Shown: one piece after another, positions 10,462 to 20,330 of the stretch
Numbering within the stretch: the first letter of the stretch is position 1
How the letters are laid out: the number at the start of each line of letters is the position of its first letter
DNA from: Nitrospirota bacterium
GTDB taxonomy: Bacteria; Nitrospirota; UBA9217
DNA length: 64,000 nucleotides
Direction: 5' to 3'
Assembly (NCBI GenBank): GCA_035623825.1
Contig: DASPSR010000062.1
Coordinates: 88,023-152,022 of the forward strand
Position numbers and translations under genes: made by a program
Notes under the pieces: generated by a model
What the model was told of the DNA's origin: nothing
The model's database searches: none
Seen by the model: the letters and a program-made list of their open reading frames with translations, nothing else

Positions 10462-10785
10462 ATGAGTATGAAGAAGGCGTATGCGTTGGTTGCAGTGCTC
10501 TGTCTGGTGCTGTCCGTCGGCACGGCTCTCGGCGATGTTGGCGGTGGTGATCTGACCTACAATCCCCCGAACGCCAAGCCGGTATTATTCAGCCACGCTA
10601 TACATGTGGACAACAAGACGTACAAGTGCAGTGCTTGTCACAACCATACGTTCCAGATGTCCAAGGATTCATACAAGATGGACATGAGCAAGATCAACAA
10701 AGGTCAATTCTGCGGGATCTGCCACAACGGTGAGCGGTCCTTCGATGTGAAAGACAAGGCGAGCTGCGTAAGATGCCATAAGTAG
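10462..10785 (+). CDS. Periplasmic triheme c7-type cytochrome
   Basis: Signal peptide, VLFSHAIH, three CxxCH motifs (CSACH, CGICH, CVRCH). AGGAGG SD. Confidence 0.88.
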   Translation: MSMKKAYALVAVLCLVLSVGTALGDVGGGDLTYNPPNAKPVLFSHAIHVDNKTYKCSACHNHTFQMSKDSYKMDMSKINKGQFCGICHNGERSFDVKDKASCVRCHK

Positions 10786-11088
10786 CAGCCGCAGGCAATT
10801 GTTCGGATCAGAAGCCTTTCCCTGACGCATGATCGGTTCATTTCAGGGACAGGTGTCCGTGGCATTTTTTATTGTAGCGCATGCGTGGCGCGTAAGATGC
10901 GGCATCATCAACTATCGCGGATGCCGGCGTTATCATCGCAAGTTCGTTCAGCACCGCGATCAAGGACTTGCACTGAGAAGGAGGATTGTTCTCGCTTTTT
11001 TCGTAAAGCCGCATTTTCAATCAGCACGGCGGGAACGGGGAGATCTGACTTTTAGAAAGAAAAGAAGAGAGAGAAACGTGCCAAATTG

Positions 11089-11460
11089 TCAGCCGTATAT
11101 ATGTCCCCGTATCCGCCAGTGAAGGAACTGGTGAATTTCGTCAGCGGCGGACTTGGCTAATGTCTTCACATATTCATTCTTGTCATTGAGCGCTGATTCA
11201 AGAAGCGGCCTAACTTTCTCTTCATCCAGCGTGCGGAAACGACGGGCGAGATGGCCCAGGCTCATCACAGCATTCCCCCTCACCTTAAAATGTTCATGAA
11301 GGCAGAGCTTGAGGCACAATTCCTGGGCCAGGGCAAGTTCTTGGGATGCAAGAGCAACCGTGATCGGGACGAGCTGAAGCTCATCGGGGTCGTTCCTCAT
11401 GATCGCAGCATCCACATCGTCGTGCGTAAAGTGTGCAAGATCCTGGAATCGAACTGTCAT
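11089..11460 (-). CDS. HEAT-repeat-like hypothetical protein
   Basis: HEAT-like motifs VRGNAVMSLGHL and ALNDKNEYVKTLAKSA. Confidence 0.75.
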   Translation of the reverse strand: MTVRFQDLAHFTHDDVDAAIMRNDPDELQLVPITVALASQELALAQELCLKLCLHEHFKVRGNAVMSLGHLARRFRTLDEEKVRPLLESALNDKNEYVKTLAKSAADEIHQFLHWRIRGHIYG

Positions 11461-11685
11461 AAGGCGGCACCCTGCTCTCCTGATCTCTTCTCCTTGCTTA
11501 AATGATATAGGGAACCGAACGACTCGTCAAGTGCTGTCCTCACCACGGCACATGCTTTCCGGGGAAGGGAAGGCAGTAGAGCCGGACGTGGTGTGGAGAA
11601 GATGCAAGTGTCGGCACAGGAAAAAGGTCCGAGGCTCAATTCAGGACCCCGTATTTCATGCACGCGGTCGAAATAAGGTGGCGCT

Positions 11686-12201
11686 ATGAGCGTTCTGGAT
11701 ACCATTAGAAACAGGCGGAGCATACGGGATTTCAGGGAGCAGGAGATTCCCGATGAAGCGGTTGGCTCTTTGATCGAAGCGATCCGCTGGGCGCCGAGCG
11801 CGGGTAATATGCAAAGCAGAAAATTCTATTTTGTATTTGACAAGAACACCAAGAAAAAACTTGCAAAAGCCGCCCTAAACCAGCAGTTCATCTCCGAAGC
11901 GCCTCTCGTTGTCGTCGCTTGTCTGGACAGGAGGATAGGATCGCGTTACGGCGATCGGGGGGTAAACCTTTACAGCATCCAAGACGTCGCGGCAAGCGTG
12001 ATGAATATGATGCTCACGGCTCATGAGCTTGGGCTCGGCAGCGTCTGGGTGGGAGCATTTAATGAATTCGAGGTCTTTGAACACCTCAAGCTCCCTGATA
12101 ACCTTCGGCCCATAGCCATTATCCCGATTGGTTATCCCTCGAAAACACCAAGGCCGACCCCGAGGGTCTCAACGGATGAAATCGTTGAATTTGTCAGATA
12201 A
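11686..12201 (+). CDS. Nitroreductase family protein
   Basis: IRNRRSIRDF, WAPSAGNMQ, AHELGLGSVWVGAF, IPIGYP. Confidence 0.93.
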   Translation: MSVLDTIRNRRSIRDFREQEIPDEAVGSLIEAIRWAPSAGNMQSRKFYFVFDKNTKKKLAKAALNQQFISEAPLVVVACLDRRIGSRYGDRGVNLYSIQDVAASVMNMMLTAHELGLGSVWVGAFNEFEVFEHLKLPDNLRPIAIIPIGYPSKTPRPTPRVSTDEIVEFVR

Positions 12202-12340
12202 GTCCTGATCCTCTGTAAAGTGCCATTTTGATGCAGGACCGCCTGCCGGCGTTCAACCCGGTCCTGTTAACAGGTCCATGGAATGATAAAGGCGGAGGGA
12301 AGGGCGCCGGGGGATTGAGGTAGCGGGTGTCCGCATCCCG

Positions 12341-13630
12341 CTAATGGGTCTTGTGAGGTGCTTTGGAAACAAGCTCGACTCGCCCGAATGGCTTATTGAA
12401 AATTTTTTCGTATGCCCGGTGGAACTCAAAGGTCTTTCGTAATTCTTTGAACAACGGCCACTCCCTGTAAGAGAGGTCCTGCTCCTCGCTCGGCCCGATT
12501 TTTTCCATGAGTTTGATGGCGAGATTGAAATTGTCGGACAGCACGGCGACGGCGAGCTGGAACTCACCACGGCTGCCGGTCCAATCATCTTTAGTGAGAA
12601 TTAATGAACAGATATTTTCCTGCTTGTTCATCTTATAAGCCAATGCTCTGTTCAGTACGAAGGTTCTCCTTGTCTCATCGCTAAAGTGCTTATCCAGGGT
12701 CAGTGTGGCGAAATCGAGGAGGGCTATCGCCAGATCGTATCTGCTTATGGTAATGAGATTACGTGTCGTTGAAATGAGGCTGTTATCGGCTTTTTCCAGT
12801 TCTTCGGGTTTCAGCTTCCTCCAGATACGATGAGCGAGCTTCACCCCAATCTCGTAGATGCAGGCATGCGCCGTATCAAAGTAGTCATGATCAACCGGCA
12901 GAGCATCTCCTTCCTTGACCGCTTTATCAACCGGGATCCCGTGTTCCTTACAGACCGTAAAATAGTGACTTGAGACAAGGCCGTTCCTGTGAATGATATG
13001 ATTTCTCCGCTCCGTGACCTCGATGAAATCACGCCAGATCTGCGAAAACTCTTTTCTGAATTGAACGCCGAAAGCGTTCTCCAGCCACGCGAACTGTTCA
13101 GCATAGCTCGTACGAAGCAAACGCCCTATTTCCCGATCGAGCACGTATTCTTTGGCCTCGTCGACGGAACCGAAATCAACGAGCTGGGCAAAAGTCAGAT
13201 TGCTGTCCGCTCCGCTCAGCAGTTCGGGTTTTGCGTAATATAATGCACGTATCAGACGAGCGAGGTATCCATCGAACTGGGTGACCAACGAGACAACGAA
13301 GCTGCCGGGCAGGAGCGACAGCGTCAATTCGGCATGCTCACGCTGTCGTTTGAGGTTTTCGTACTTGTAGGTGTGCTCCCATTCTATCGAATATGATGCA
13401 TGGCTCTCCGTTTCCGCGAGCAGCTTCGCATACTTTTCGAAAAATCTGGAAAGAGTCTCTGATATTTTTTCGTGAACTGTCGTCGTGACCTTCATCGCCA
13501 GGTCAAGTGAGGTGGACAGGCTGTCGATCTGATTGATGAAGCTTGCGATCTCTTCACCGATGGAGACCGGGGGGCAGGGCTGTTTGCCGTTACCGGAAAG
13601 CGATTTCGACGGGATTCTTTCTTCAGGCAT
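12341..13630 (-). CDS. Hypothetical protein with HEPN-like RxxxxH motif and helical (TPR-like) C-terminus
   Basis: Long ORF with its own promoter. FIEVTERRNHIIHRNG motif. Confidence 0.75.
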   Translation of the reverse strand: MPEERIPSKSLSGNGKQPCPPVSIGEEIASFINQIDSLSTSLDLAMKVTTTVHEKISETLSRFFEKYAKLLAETESHASYSIEWEHTYKYENLKRQREHAELTLSLLPGSFVVSLVTQFDGYLARLIRALYYAKPELLSGADSNLTFAQLVDFGSVDEAKEYVLDREIGRLLRTSYAEQFAWLENAFGVQFRKEFSQIWRDFIEVTERRNHIIHRNGLVSSHYFTVCKEHGIPVDKAVKEGDALPVDHDYFDTAHACIYEIGVKLAHRIWRKLKPEELEKADNSLISTTRNLITISRYDLAIALLDFATLTLDKHFSDETRRTFVLNRALAYKMNKQENICSLILTKDDWTGSRGEFQLAVAVLSDNFNLAIKLMEKIGPSEEQDLSYREWPLFKELRKTFEFHRAYEKIFNKPFGRVELVSKAPHKTH

Positions 13631-13724
13631 AGGCTTCTCCGCAATGCCGGCTGCCTTACCGCTATAGCAGCATGTCACAAGAATTCTGTTCTAACCGGCT
13701 ATTTTCCCGCAACGAACCTGTATA

Positions 13725-13753
13725 ACTATACAATAAATAAGATAATCTTGCAA
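13725..13753 (-). promoter_or_regulatory. Sigma70-like promoter of the HEPN-motif gene
   Basis: On the minus strand TTGCAA-17nt-TATAGT. Confidence 0.6.
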
Positions 13754-13788
13754 GGAAGTTTCAAAAAAAAGGAAAAACCGAGGCTTTC

Positions 13789-16700
13789 TTAACCAAGTGA
13801 CACGGCACCGGCACCGAGGACTGACTCGATCTCGTTGATGAGTTGGTCTGTAAGATTGACGCGTATGTCCCTGCCTACGGAGATGAGGGATTCCGGGCGC
13901 GTGGGGTTCTGCAGGCGAAGATAGACAGGGATGTCTCCTTTGTAGCGCAGGAGGATGTCCTTGACTTTGAGGAGGTCATCCTGGGTCAGACCCATGGCGG
14001 TGAACCTGATATCCATCCTGGTCGTACCCCTTTTCTTCACGTCCTGCAGGAGGTGAAGACGCACGGCCTTGATCTTGTTCCCTTGTTCGCTTTTGTCAAG
14101 TTGGCCAGCCACAAGGAGCGGAGTGTCCGTCAGGAGCAGGTTATGTGCTGACTTGTACAGATCGGGGAAAACAATCACCTCCACAGTCCCGCTGAGGTCT
14201 TCCAGGTTCATGATGGCCATCTTTTCACCCTTTTTGGTGATCTTCTGCTTCAGGCCGGCAATGATGCCGCAGATGGTCAATTCCTTACCGTCAGGGATCT
14301 GTTCCAGCCGCTCGGTCGTGGCTGTGGCGTACCGCGCGATATCTGCCTGGAACGCGGCGAGGGGATGTCCGGAAATATAGAACCCCATGCTTTCCTTTTC
14401 ATAGGCCAGGAGCTGGTTTTCCTTCCACTCCGGCACGTCTGGGAGTTCGGGATCCTTCTGCACGCCAAGGGAATCGAAGATGCTGAACTGGCCAGTGGCC
14501 TCCTGCTCCTGGAGCTTGGATGCCTGTTCCATCACCATGTCGATGGCTTCCGTCATCTGGGCCCGGCGGCCGCCTGTAAAGTCAAAGGCGCCGCATTTAA
14601 TGAGCGCCTCTGTCACGCGCCGGTTCACCTTCCGCTGATCGACCTTTCTACAGAAATCTGCCAGGGATGTGAAGGCGCCCTTTTCCTCCCGCGCATCGAT
14701 GATGGCTTCGATGGCGGACATGCCCACGTTTTTTACCGCTGCGAGGCCGAAGCGGATGGACCCGATAGTGCTGCCCTGCTCTACTGCGTCCCTGTCGTGC
14801 GCTTCGACCACGGTGAAGTCCCACATGCTCTTGTTCACGTCGGGCGGCAGAATGTCGATGGCCATCTGGCGCACTTCGTAGATGTACTTCACGACCTTGT
14901 CCGTGTCCTGAACTTCGCTCGTGAGAAGAGCCGCCATGTACTCGACGGGGTAGTGGGTCTTGAGATAAGCGGTCTGGTACGAGATCAAAGCATACGCCGC
15001 GCTGTGCGATTTGTTGAATCCGTATTCAGCGAACTTTTCCATGAGGTCGAATATCTTTTCGGCTTTGACGGCGGGAAGCTTTTTCTCGACCGCCCCCCGC
15101 AAGAACCGCTCTTTCTGCTTGGCCATTTCCTCTGGCAGTTTTTTCCCCATCGCGCGACGCAGAAGATCGGCTTCTCCGAGCGAATAGCCGGCCAGAGCGC
15201 TCGCGATCTGCATGACCTGCTCTTGGTACACGATGACGCCGTACGTGTCCTTAAGGATGGGTTCGAGCTGGTTCAGTTCGTAGGCGATCTTGGTCGCGCC
15301 TTTCTTGCGTTTGATGAAATCGTCTACCATGCCGCTCCCGAGCGGTCCTGGTCTGTAGAGAGCCACAAGTGCGATCAAGTCCTCGAAGCACTGGGGCTTC
15401 ATCTTGATGACGATGTCCCGCATGCCCGAGGATTCCAGCTGGAAAATGCCCGCGGTCTCTCCCCGCGAGAGCAGCTCGTAGCTCCTCGCTTCGTCCATGG
15501 GGATGCGGGAGATGTCGAATTGTTCGGTCGCGGCGAGGGGGGCCGTTGCAAGACGCTGATTGATGAGTTCGACGGCCTTGTGGATCACCGTGAGCGTCCG
15601 GAGCCCCAGGAAATCGAACTTGACGAGGCCGATCTTTTCCACGCCTTTCATGTCGAATTGGGTTATGATCTCGTCCTTCGGCGTCTTGAAGAGCGGAAGG
15701 TATTCTATGAGAGGCTCCTGGGAAATGACAACGCCCGCTGCGTGCTTGGAGGCGTGCCGAACCTGGCCTTCGAGATGAAGGGCGATCTCCATGAGGTCCG
15801 TCATTCGGGGGTCTTTTGTAATCTCCTTCAGCCGCGGTTCCTGCTTCATGGCATCGTTGAGCGTTATATTGAGCGTATTCGGAACGAGCTTGGCGACCTT
15901 ATCCACTTCGGAGTAGGGAATGTCGAGCACCCGGCCGACGTCGCGAATCACGCCCTTTGCCATCATGGTGCCGTACGTGATGATCTGGGTAACATGATCC
16001 TGTCCGTACTTCTCCGTAACATACCTGAGAACTTCGTCCCGCCTGTCCATACAGAAGTCCACGTCGATGTCCGGCATGCTGACGCGTTCGGGATTCAGGA
16101 AGCGCTCGAAGAGGAGGTGGTAGGGAAGGGGGTCGATATCAGTGATCCGTAGACAGTATGCCACAAGGCTGCCGGCTGCAGATCCGCGTCCCGGTCCGAC
16201 CGGAATGTTGTGCTCCCTGGCGTACCGGATGAAGTCCCAGACTATGAGAAAATAACCGGCGAAACCCATCTTGCCGATCATCGCGATCTCGAACTCAAGC
16301 CGTTTCTTATACGTCTCGGGGTCGAAGTTCTCCTTGCCGAGCACGGCCTCGATCTCCCTGAAGCGCTCGTCGAGCCCTTTCCGGGCGAGTTCGGCCATGT
16401 ATGATTCCCTCGTATACCCCTCGGGCACCGGGAAATGAGGCAGGTGATACTTGCCGAGATCGAGCTCCATATTGCAGCGCTCGGCTATCGCGATGGTGTT
16501 CGTGATAGCCTCAGGGATATGGACGAAGGCCTTTTTCATCTCATCCGGAGACCTCATGTAGAAGGTCTCTGACGAGAAGGTCATTCTGTTCGAGTCCTTC
16601 ATGGTCTTGCCTGTCTGGATGCAGAGCAGGGCGTCGTGGGACTTGTGGTCGCCCTTATCCAGGTAGTGGCAGTCGTTCGTAGCGATAACGGGGATGCCCG

Positions 16701-17304
16701 TGTCCTTTGATAATCGGATGAGCTCCTCGTTTGCTTTTGTCTGTTCCGGGATGCCGTTTTCCTGCAATTCGAGGAAGAAGTTCTCTTTGCCCAGGATGTT
16801 CTGATATTGCGCTGCCGCCACCTTGGCGTCCTCATACCTGCCTTGGAGAAGCAGGGAGGGAATCTCGCCGCCGAGACATGCTGTTGAGGCGATCAGCCCT
16901 TCGCTGTGTTCGGCCAGGAGCTGTTTGTCGATGCGCGGCCGGTAGTAAAATCCCTCGAGGTACCCGGCGGTCACGAGCTTCACGAGATTCTTGTACCCTG
17001 TCTTATTCCTTGCGAGCAGGATTAGGTGGTACGACGCCTCCTCGTTTTTGCCTGCCGGGCTGGACTTGTCGAATCGCGACCCGGGGGCAACATACATTTC
17101 ACAGCCGATGATCGGCTTGATGCCTGCTTTCGTGGCTTTCTGATAGAAATCGAGTGCGCCGAAGAGGTTCCCGTGATCGGTGATCGCGACTGCCGGCATG
17201 CGGTATTCAGCCGCTTTTTTAATGAGGCTGTCGATACTGATGGCGCCGTCGAGCAGGCTGTACTCGGTATGGAGGTGAAGGTGGACGAAATCGGCGTGAT
17301 GCAT
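13789..17304 (-). CDS. dnaE: DNA polymerase III alpha subunit
   Basis: PHP domain FVHLHLHTEYSLLDG, GPGRGSAAGSLVAY, PDIDVDF, KFDFLGL, C-terminal OB fold. Confidence 0.98.
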   Translation of the reverse strand: MHHADFVHLHLHTEYSLLDGAISIDSLIKKAAEYRMPAVAITDHGNLFGALDFYQKATKAGIKPIIGCEMYVAPGSRFDKSSPAGKNEEASYHLILLARNKTGYKNLVKLVTAGYLEGFYYRPRIDKQLLAEHSEGLIASTACLGGEIPSLLLQGRYEDAKVAAAQYQNILGKENFFLELQENGIPEQTKANEELIRLSKDTGIPVIATNDCHYLDKGDHKSHDALLCIQTGKTMKDSNRMTFSSETFYMRSPDEMKKAFVHIPEAITNTIAIAERCNMELDLGKYHLPHFPVPEGYTRESYMAELARKGLDERFREIEAVLGKENFDPETYKKRLEFEIAMIGKMGFAGYFLIVWDFIRYAREHNIPVGPGRGSAAGSLVAYCLRITDIDPLPYHLLFERFLNPERVSMPDIDVDFCMDRRDEVLRYVTEKYGQDHVTQIITYGTMMAKGVIRDVGRVLDIPYSEVDKVAKLVPNTLNITLNDAMKQEPRLKEITKDPRMTDLMEIALHLEGQVRHASKHAAGVVISQEPLIEYLPLFKTPKDEIITQFDMKGVEKIGLVKFDFLGLRTLTVIHKAVELINQRLATAPLAATEQFDISRIPMDEARSYELLSRGETAGIFQLESSGMRDIVIKMKPQCFEDLIALVALYRPGPLGSGMVDDFIKRKKGATKIAYELNQLEPILKDTYGVIVYQEQVMQIASALAGYSLGEADLLRRAMGKKLPEEMAKQKERFLRGAVEKKLPAVKAEKIFDLMEKFAEYGFNKSHSAAYALISYQTAYLKTHYPVEYMAALLTSEVQDTDKVVKYIYEVRQMAIDILPPDVNKSMWDFTVVEAHDRDAVEQGSTIGSIRFGLAAVKNVGMSAIEAIIDAREEKGAFTSLADFCRKVDQRKVNRRVTEALIKCGAFDFTGGRRAQMTEAIDMVMEQASKLQEQEATGQFSIFDSLGVQKDPELPDVPEWKENQLLAYEKESMGFYISGHPLAAFQADIARYATATTERLEQIPDGKELTICGIIAGLKQKITKKGEKMAIMNLEDLSGTVEVIVFPDLYKSAHNLLLTDTPLLVAGQLDKSEQGNKIKAVRLHLLQDVKKRGTTRMDIRFTAMGLTQDDLLKVKDILLRYKGDIPVYLRLQNPTRPESLISVGRDIRVNLTDQLINEIESVLGAGAVSLG

Positions 17305-17461
17305 AGTGGTAAGGCAAACTCCAGATTCCAATCGCCAAATCCCGCGTCAATCGAAAAAATTTTCGCGTCCAACGTGATTGGATTCCTGGCTTTTGGATCC
17401 GGCTATTATTTAGGATTAAGGGCTTCGCGTTTCGGATTTCTCTCCCGCATGGCGGGAAAAT

Positions 17462-17537
17462 TGGAGGCGGCGATCGGATTTGAACCGATGAATGAAGGTT
17501 TTGCAGACCTCTGCCTTAGCCACTTGGCTACGCCGCC
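17462..17537 (-). tRNA. tRNA-Cys(GCA)
   Basis: Reverse complement GGCGGCGTAGCCAAGTGGCTAAGGCAGAGGTCTGCAAAACCTTCATTCATCGGTTCAAATCCGATCGCCGCCTCCA. Cloverleaf with encoded CCA. Confidence 0.96.
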
Positions 17538-17548
17538 CTGAAAAATAA

Positions 17549-17607
17549 AAAAGTTAAAAGTTAAAAGTTACGATCACGGCAGCAGCATACTTTTAACTTT
17601 TAACTTT
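17549..17607. repeat. Heptamer (AAAAGTT)x3 with inverted copy, forming a 19-bp hairpin
   Basis: AAAGTTAAAAGTTAAAAGT (17550-17568) pairs perfectly with ACTTTTAACTTTTAACTTT (17589-17607). Confidence 0.85.
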
Positions 17608-17638
17608 CTCGCGAAGCCGTTTGTTCACGATATGCAGA

Positions 17639-17667
17639 ATATTAATAGAAAAGAGGTGCGGTGTCAA
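17639..17667 (-). promoter_or_regulatory. Sigma70 promoter of tRNA-Cys
   Basis: Minus strand TTGACA-17nt-TAATAT. Confidence 0.75.
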
Positions 17668-17965
17668 GTCAATTGACATACTCCCCAGCCTGAAGGATGA
17701 GGATTCCAAAGAACGATGTAATTACTATAACAAACAAGCAGCATAAGGGCAAATGCAAAATAAATGATTTATATTCCGCCTCGAAGTGACAGAGTTCGAC
17801 GGTGCAATTCGATAATGTCCACAATGTGAGCTCAATAGGGCCATGCGAAATCATGATGAATCGTTATGAGTTCATGCACCGCTCCGGGGGAATTGTCGTG
17901 AAATATTTCTGCCTAAATTGGTGATATGACCGACTCTTTTCCCGTGAACTGACCATCTCGTCTTA

Positions 17966-18021
17966 TAACATATTGATAATTAAAATGTTTTTTATTGGCA
18001 TTTGCTGGTACATTACTTGCT
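17966..18021 (+). promoter_or_regulatory. Sigma54 (-24/-12) promoter with upstream IHF site
   Basis: TGGTACATTACTTGCT at 18006-18021 (GG-N10-GC). The reverse complement of 17966-17978 is TATCAATATGTTA, matching WATCAANNNNTTR. Confidence 0.7.
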
Positions 18022-18239
18022 AATATAAAAGTAGTACATTCCTTCTGGCATCAAAATGAAACATGATCAAGCAGGCATTTGAGCAAATCGGTCGAAAGAA
18101 GGTATGCATCGGCCGGGCTGTACCATAAAAAAATTTAAGACGACGTATATCTGTTCAATGAAGTCTTAGTTATTTGCATTAAAGTAGAAACAAGGGACGT
18201 ATCATCACCGTAAGACTTTAACGCCCGGTAAAAAAAACG

Positions 18240-18629
18240 ATGAAAAGCAGAATAGCCCTCTTCACAGTCGCAATCGTTTTATTCTTTTTTTCGCTTCGGG
18301 ATTACGAAGCGACTCCCATTGAAGAACTGAAGGATAGCACGACGTGCGGAGTCTATGGAGAGAAGCTAGAACCCTATGTCGTCCGTCCTTTTGATGATAA
18401 GGGCGGGACACTTGAGGGTTTTGCAAACGGAAATAAGGTTTTCGTCCTGATAAAGCGCGTATATACCCATATGTGCAGGGACAAAGGCACGTTCCCTCGG
18501 TATCGGGTAGAAGTCAAGTTTAATGACAGTGTAGTATTTGCACTAAGTCATACGGATGTGCCATTTGCCATAAACACGTTCCATGACAACGTAAAGTATA
18601 GAGTCATATGCGTTAATAATTATTACTGA
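18240..18629 (+). CDS. Hypothetical exported protein
   Basis: N-terminal signal or anchor sequence, 129 aa, downstream of the sigma54 promoter. Confidence 0.65.
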   Translation: MKSRIALFTVAIVLFFFSLRDYEATPIEELKDSTTCGVYGEKLEPYVVRPFDDKGGTLEGFANGNKVFVLIKRVYTHMCRDKGTFPRYRVEVKFNDSVVFALSHTDVPFAINTFHDNVKYRVICVNNYY

Positions 18630-18971
18630 CCGGCGGTGATTGCCAGGGTCACTTCTCGTTTCTCTTTTTGCGTTGCGCGCGATACACGCATGAGAATGCT
18701 TTTCGAAGCTTCCCGTCTTGAGAGCCTGAAATAGATGTCAAGTCCCCGCCTCGCCCCTGTACTACGCCAATCCCGCTCACGTCCCGCACGGAGCATACAG
18801 CCTGCCAGTCGATACATCCAGCACCGTTGGCCTCTGTGGAAACAGAAAGGAGCCAAGCGGTGTAGCGAAACCCCGGATGATTTTTTGTGAGCCTTGTGGG
18901 ATTGGGAAATCCCATCCGCCGCATAGGTTCTTGTTCCGGCAAGATGATGAACTGGATAAAGTGTCCTCTTC

Positions 18972-20330
18972 TCAATCCCCGTCATGCAACTGCTCACGTT
19001 TCGTAAGGCGGTTGCGAACAAAAGCGATGTGCCCGCGGAGAAAGTAGAATTGGTCGGCGAAGAATGCGGGCATTTTCATTTTATTGACCTCTTCCTCGAT
19101 ATGATCGAGCCGCCCGATCAATTCTTTCCGCTCCTCGCGCGCCAAGCGAGTGATCAGATCACGCTCAAGCATCAGCAAGGCCCGGTACCATCGGTAAAGC
19201 CGCAGCTTGATGCGCCATCGATAGAGCGCAGGGATGAGCCGCAGCCCTGGGAGCAATACCACTGCCAGCGGCACGGCTACGACGAGGATACGGTTCATAA
19301 GGCTTGCAAGATGGAAGGGAAGATAGCGATAGAGAAAGCTCTTCCCTGATTTGTAGTAGCGGCTCGCATCAGCGCTTAAGTGAAATTCATGCTCCAGCGG
19401 TGCTGGGAACTCGCCCTTGCGCTTGAACAGACTGGCGCTCCCGTGTACTTCGCCGGCCGCCTCAAGCAGCAAATCCGACATCGCGGGATGCAGCTTGGCT
19501 CTCGCGATGAGCTCGACCGTAGGACCGATTAGAGAGACGTTGTGCGCAGGTATATCCTTGCCGAAATCGATGGAGCCCTTCGGCAGTTCCAGCTTGTTCA
19601 AATAGCCGAAGCGGCGCGTGTAGCCATCGGCCTGCATGAAATCAAAAAGCCGGATCCCCGGCATTTGCAGCAGTTTGCGCATGATCTGCGGGGAAGCGGC
19701 ATCTCCCATCAAGAACGCGGCGTCTACCCTGTTCTCGAGAAGAGCCTTTGCCGCTTCTTCCGCGTCCAGATCCACCAGCGTAGTCGCGCCGCCCGGCTCG
19801 ATGCCGTTGGCGGAGAGCAGGACCAGGGCCAGGGACCGTGTTCCGCTGCCCTCCGGACCGATGGCGAGCCGCTTGCCGTGGAGCTGGGAAAGCAGGTCGA
19901 GAGGCTGCGCACTTCTATAAAAAACCATGAGCGGTTCATAGGATACGCTCCCGAGCGAATTCAGGTTGTCGATATCCAGCGAACCTGACACACCGCTCTG
20001 GACAAAACCGATGTCAACCTTGAAAGCAGGGTCCGCTAGCCTCCTGATATTTTCGAGCGAGCCTTGGGATGGCAGGATCTTCAGCTTAACGCCGCTGCGC
20101 GCCAATATCTTTGCGTATTTTTCGGCATTCCTCCGGAAGATGCTGCCCTCGGGGCCGCTCGTGATAATTATGGTTCGCGGCGGGGCCGCATGGAAGAACC
20201 AGTAAACAGCAAAGACAGTAAACAGGCCGATCAGAATAACGGAACTGAGTGCCGCTGCGCGGCTGAGTCCGAAAATCTCCATGAAGAGCGTCTGGACCCG
20301 AGTAAAGAAAGTTTTGCGACCTTTTCCCAT
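18972..20330 (-). CDS. TAXI-family solute-binding protein with N- and C-terminal TM segments
   Basis: ITSGPEGS, SQGSLENI, DIGFVQSG, LAIGPEGSGT. GAGGT SD. Promoter TTGACA-17-TATGCT at 20397-20425. Confidence 0.85.
   Translation of the reverse strand: MGKGRKTFFTRVQTLFMEIFGLSRAAALSSVILIGLFTVFAVYWFFHAAPPRTIIITSGPEGSIFRRNAEKYAKILARSGVKLKILPSQGSLENIRRLADPAFKVDIGFVQSGVSGSLDIDNLNSLGSVSYEPLMVFYRSAQPLDLLSQLHGKRLAIGPEGSGTRSLALVLLSANGIEPGGATTLVDLDAEEAAKALLENRVDAAFLMGDAASPQIMRKLLQMPGIRLFDFMQADGYTRRFGYLNKLELPKGSIDFGKDIPAHNVSLIGPTVELIARAKLHPAMSDLLLEAAGEVHGSASLFKRKGEFPAPLEHEFHLSADASRYYKSGKSFLYRYLPFHLASLMNRILVVAVPLAVVLLPGLRLIPALYRWRIKLRLYRWYRALLMLERDLITRLAREERKELIGRLDHIEEEVNKMKMPAFFADQFYFLRGHIAFVRNRLTKREQLHDGD

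Noticed and set aside
10829-11122. ORFs between the cytochrome and the HEAT-like gene
   Set aside because: Atypical composition and no SD; likely intergenic.
14365-16152. 595-aa plus-strand ORF
   Set aside because: Antisense shadow of dnaE, typical of GC-rich coding DNA, with no motifs.
13789-17304. Intein or split in dnaE
   Set aside because: Length is normal, with only short loop insertions and no intein motifs.
18649-18975. 108-aa ORF downstream of the TAXI gene
   Set aside because: No motifs or SD and several competing frames, so unsupported.
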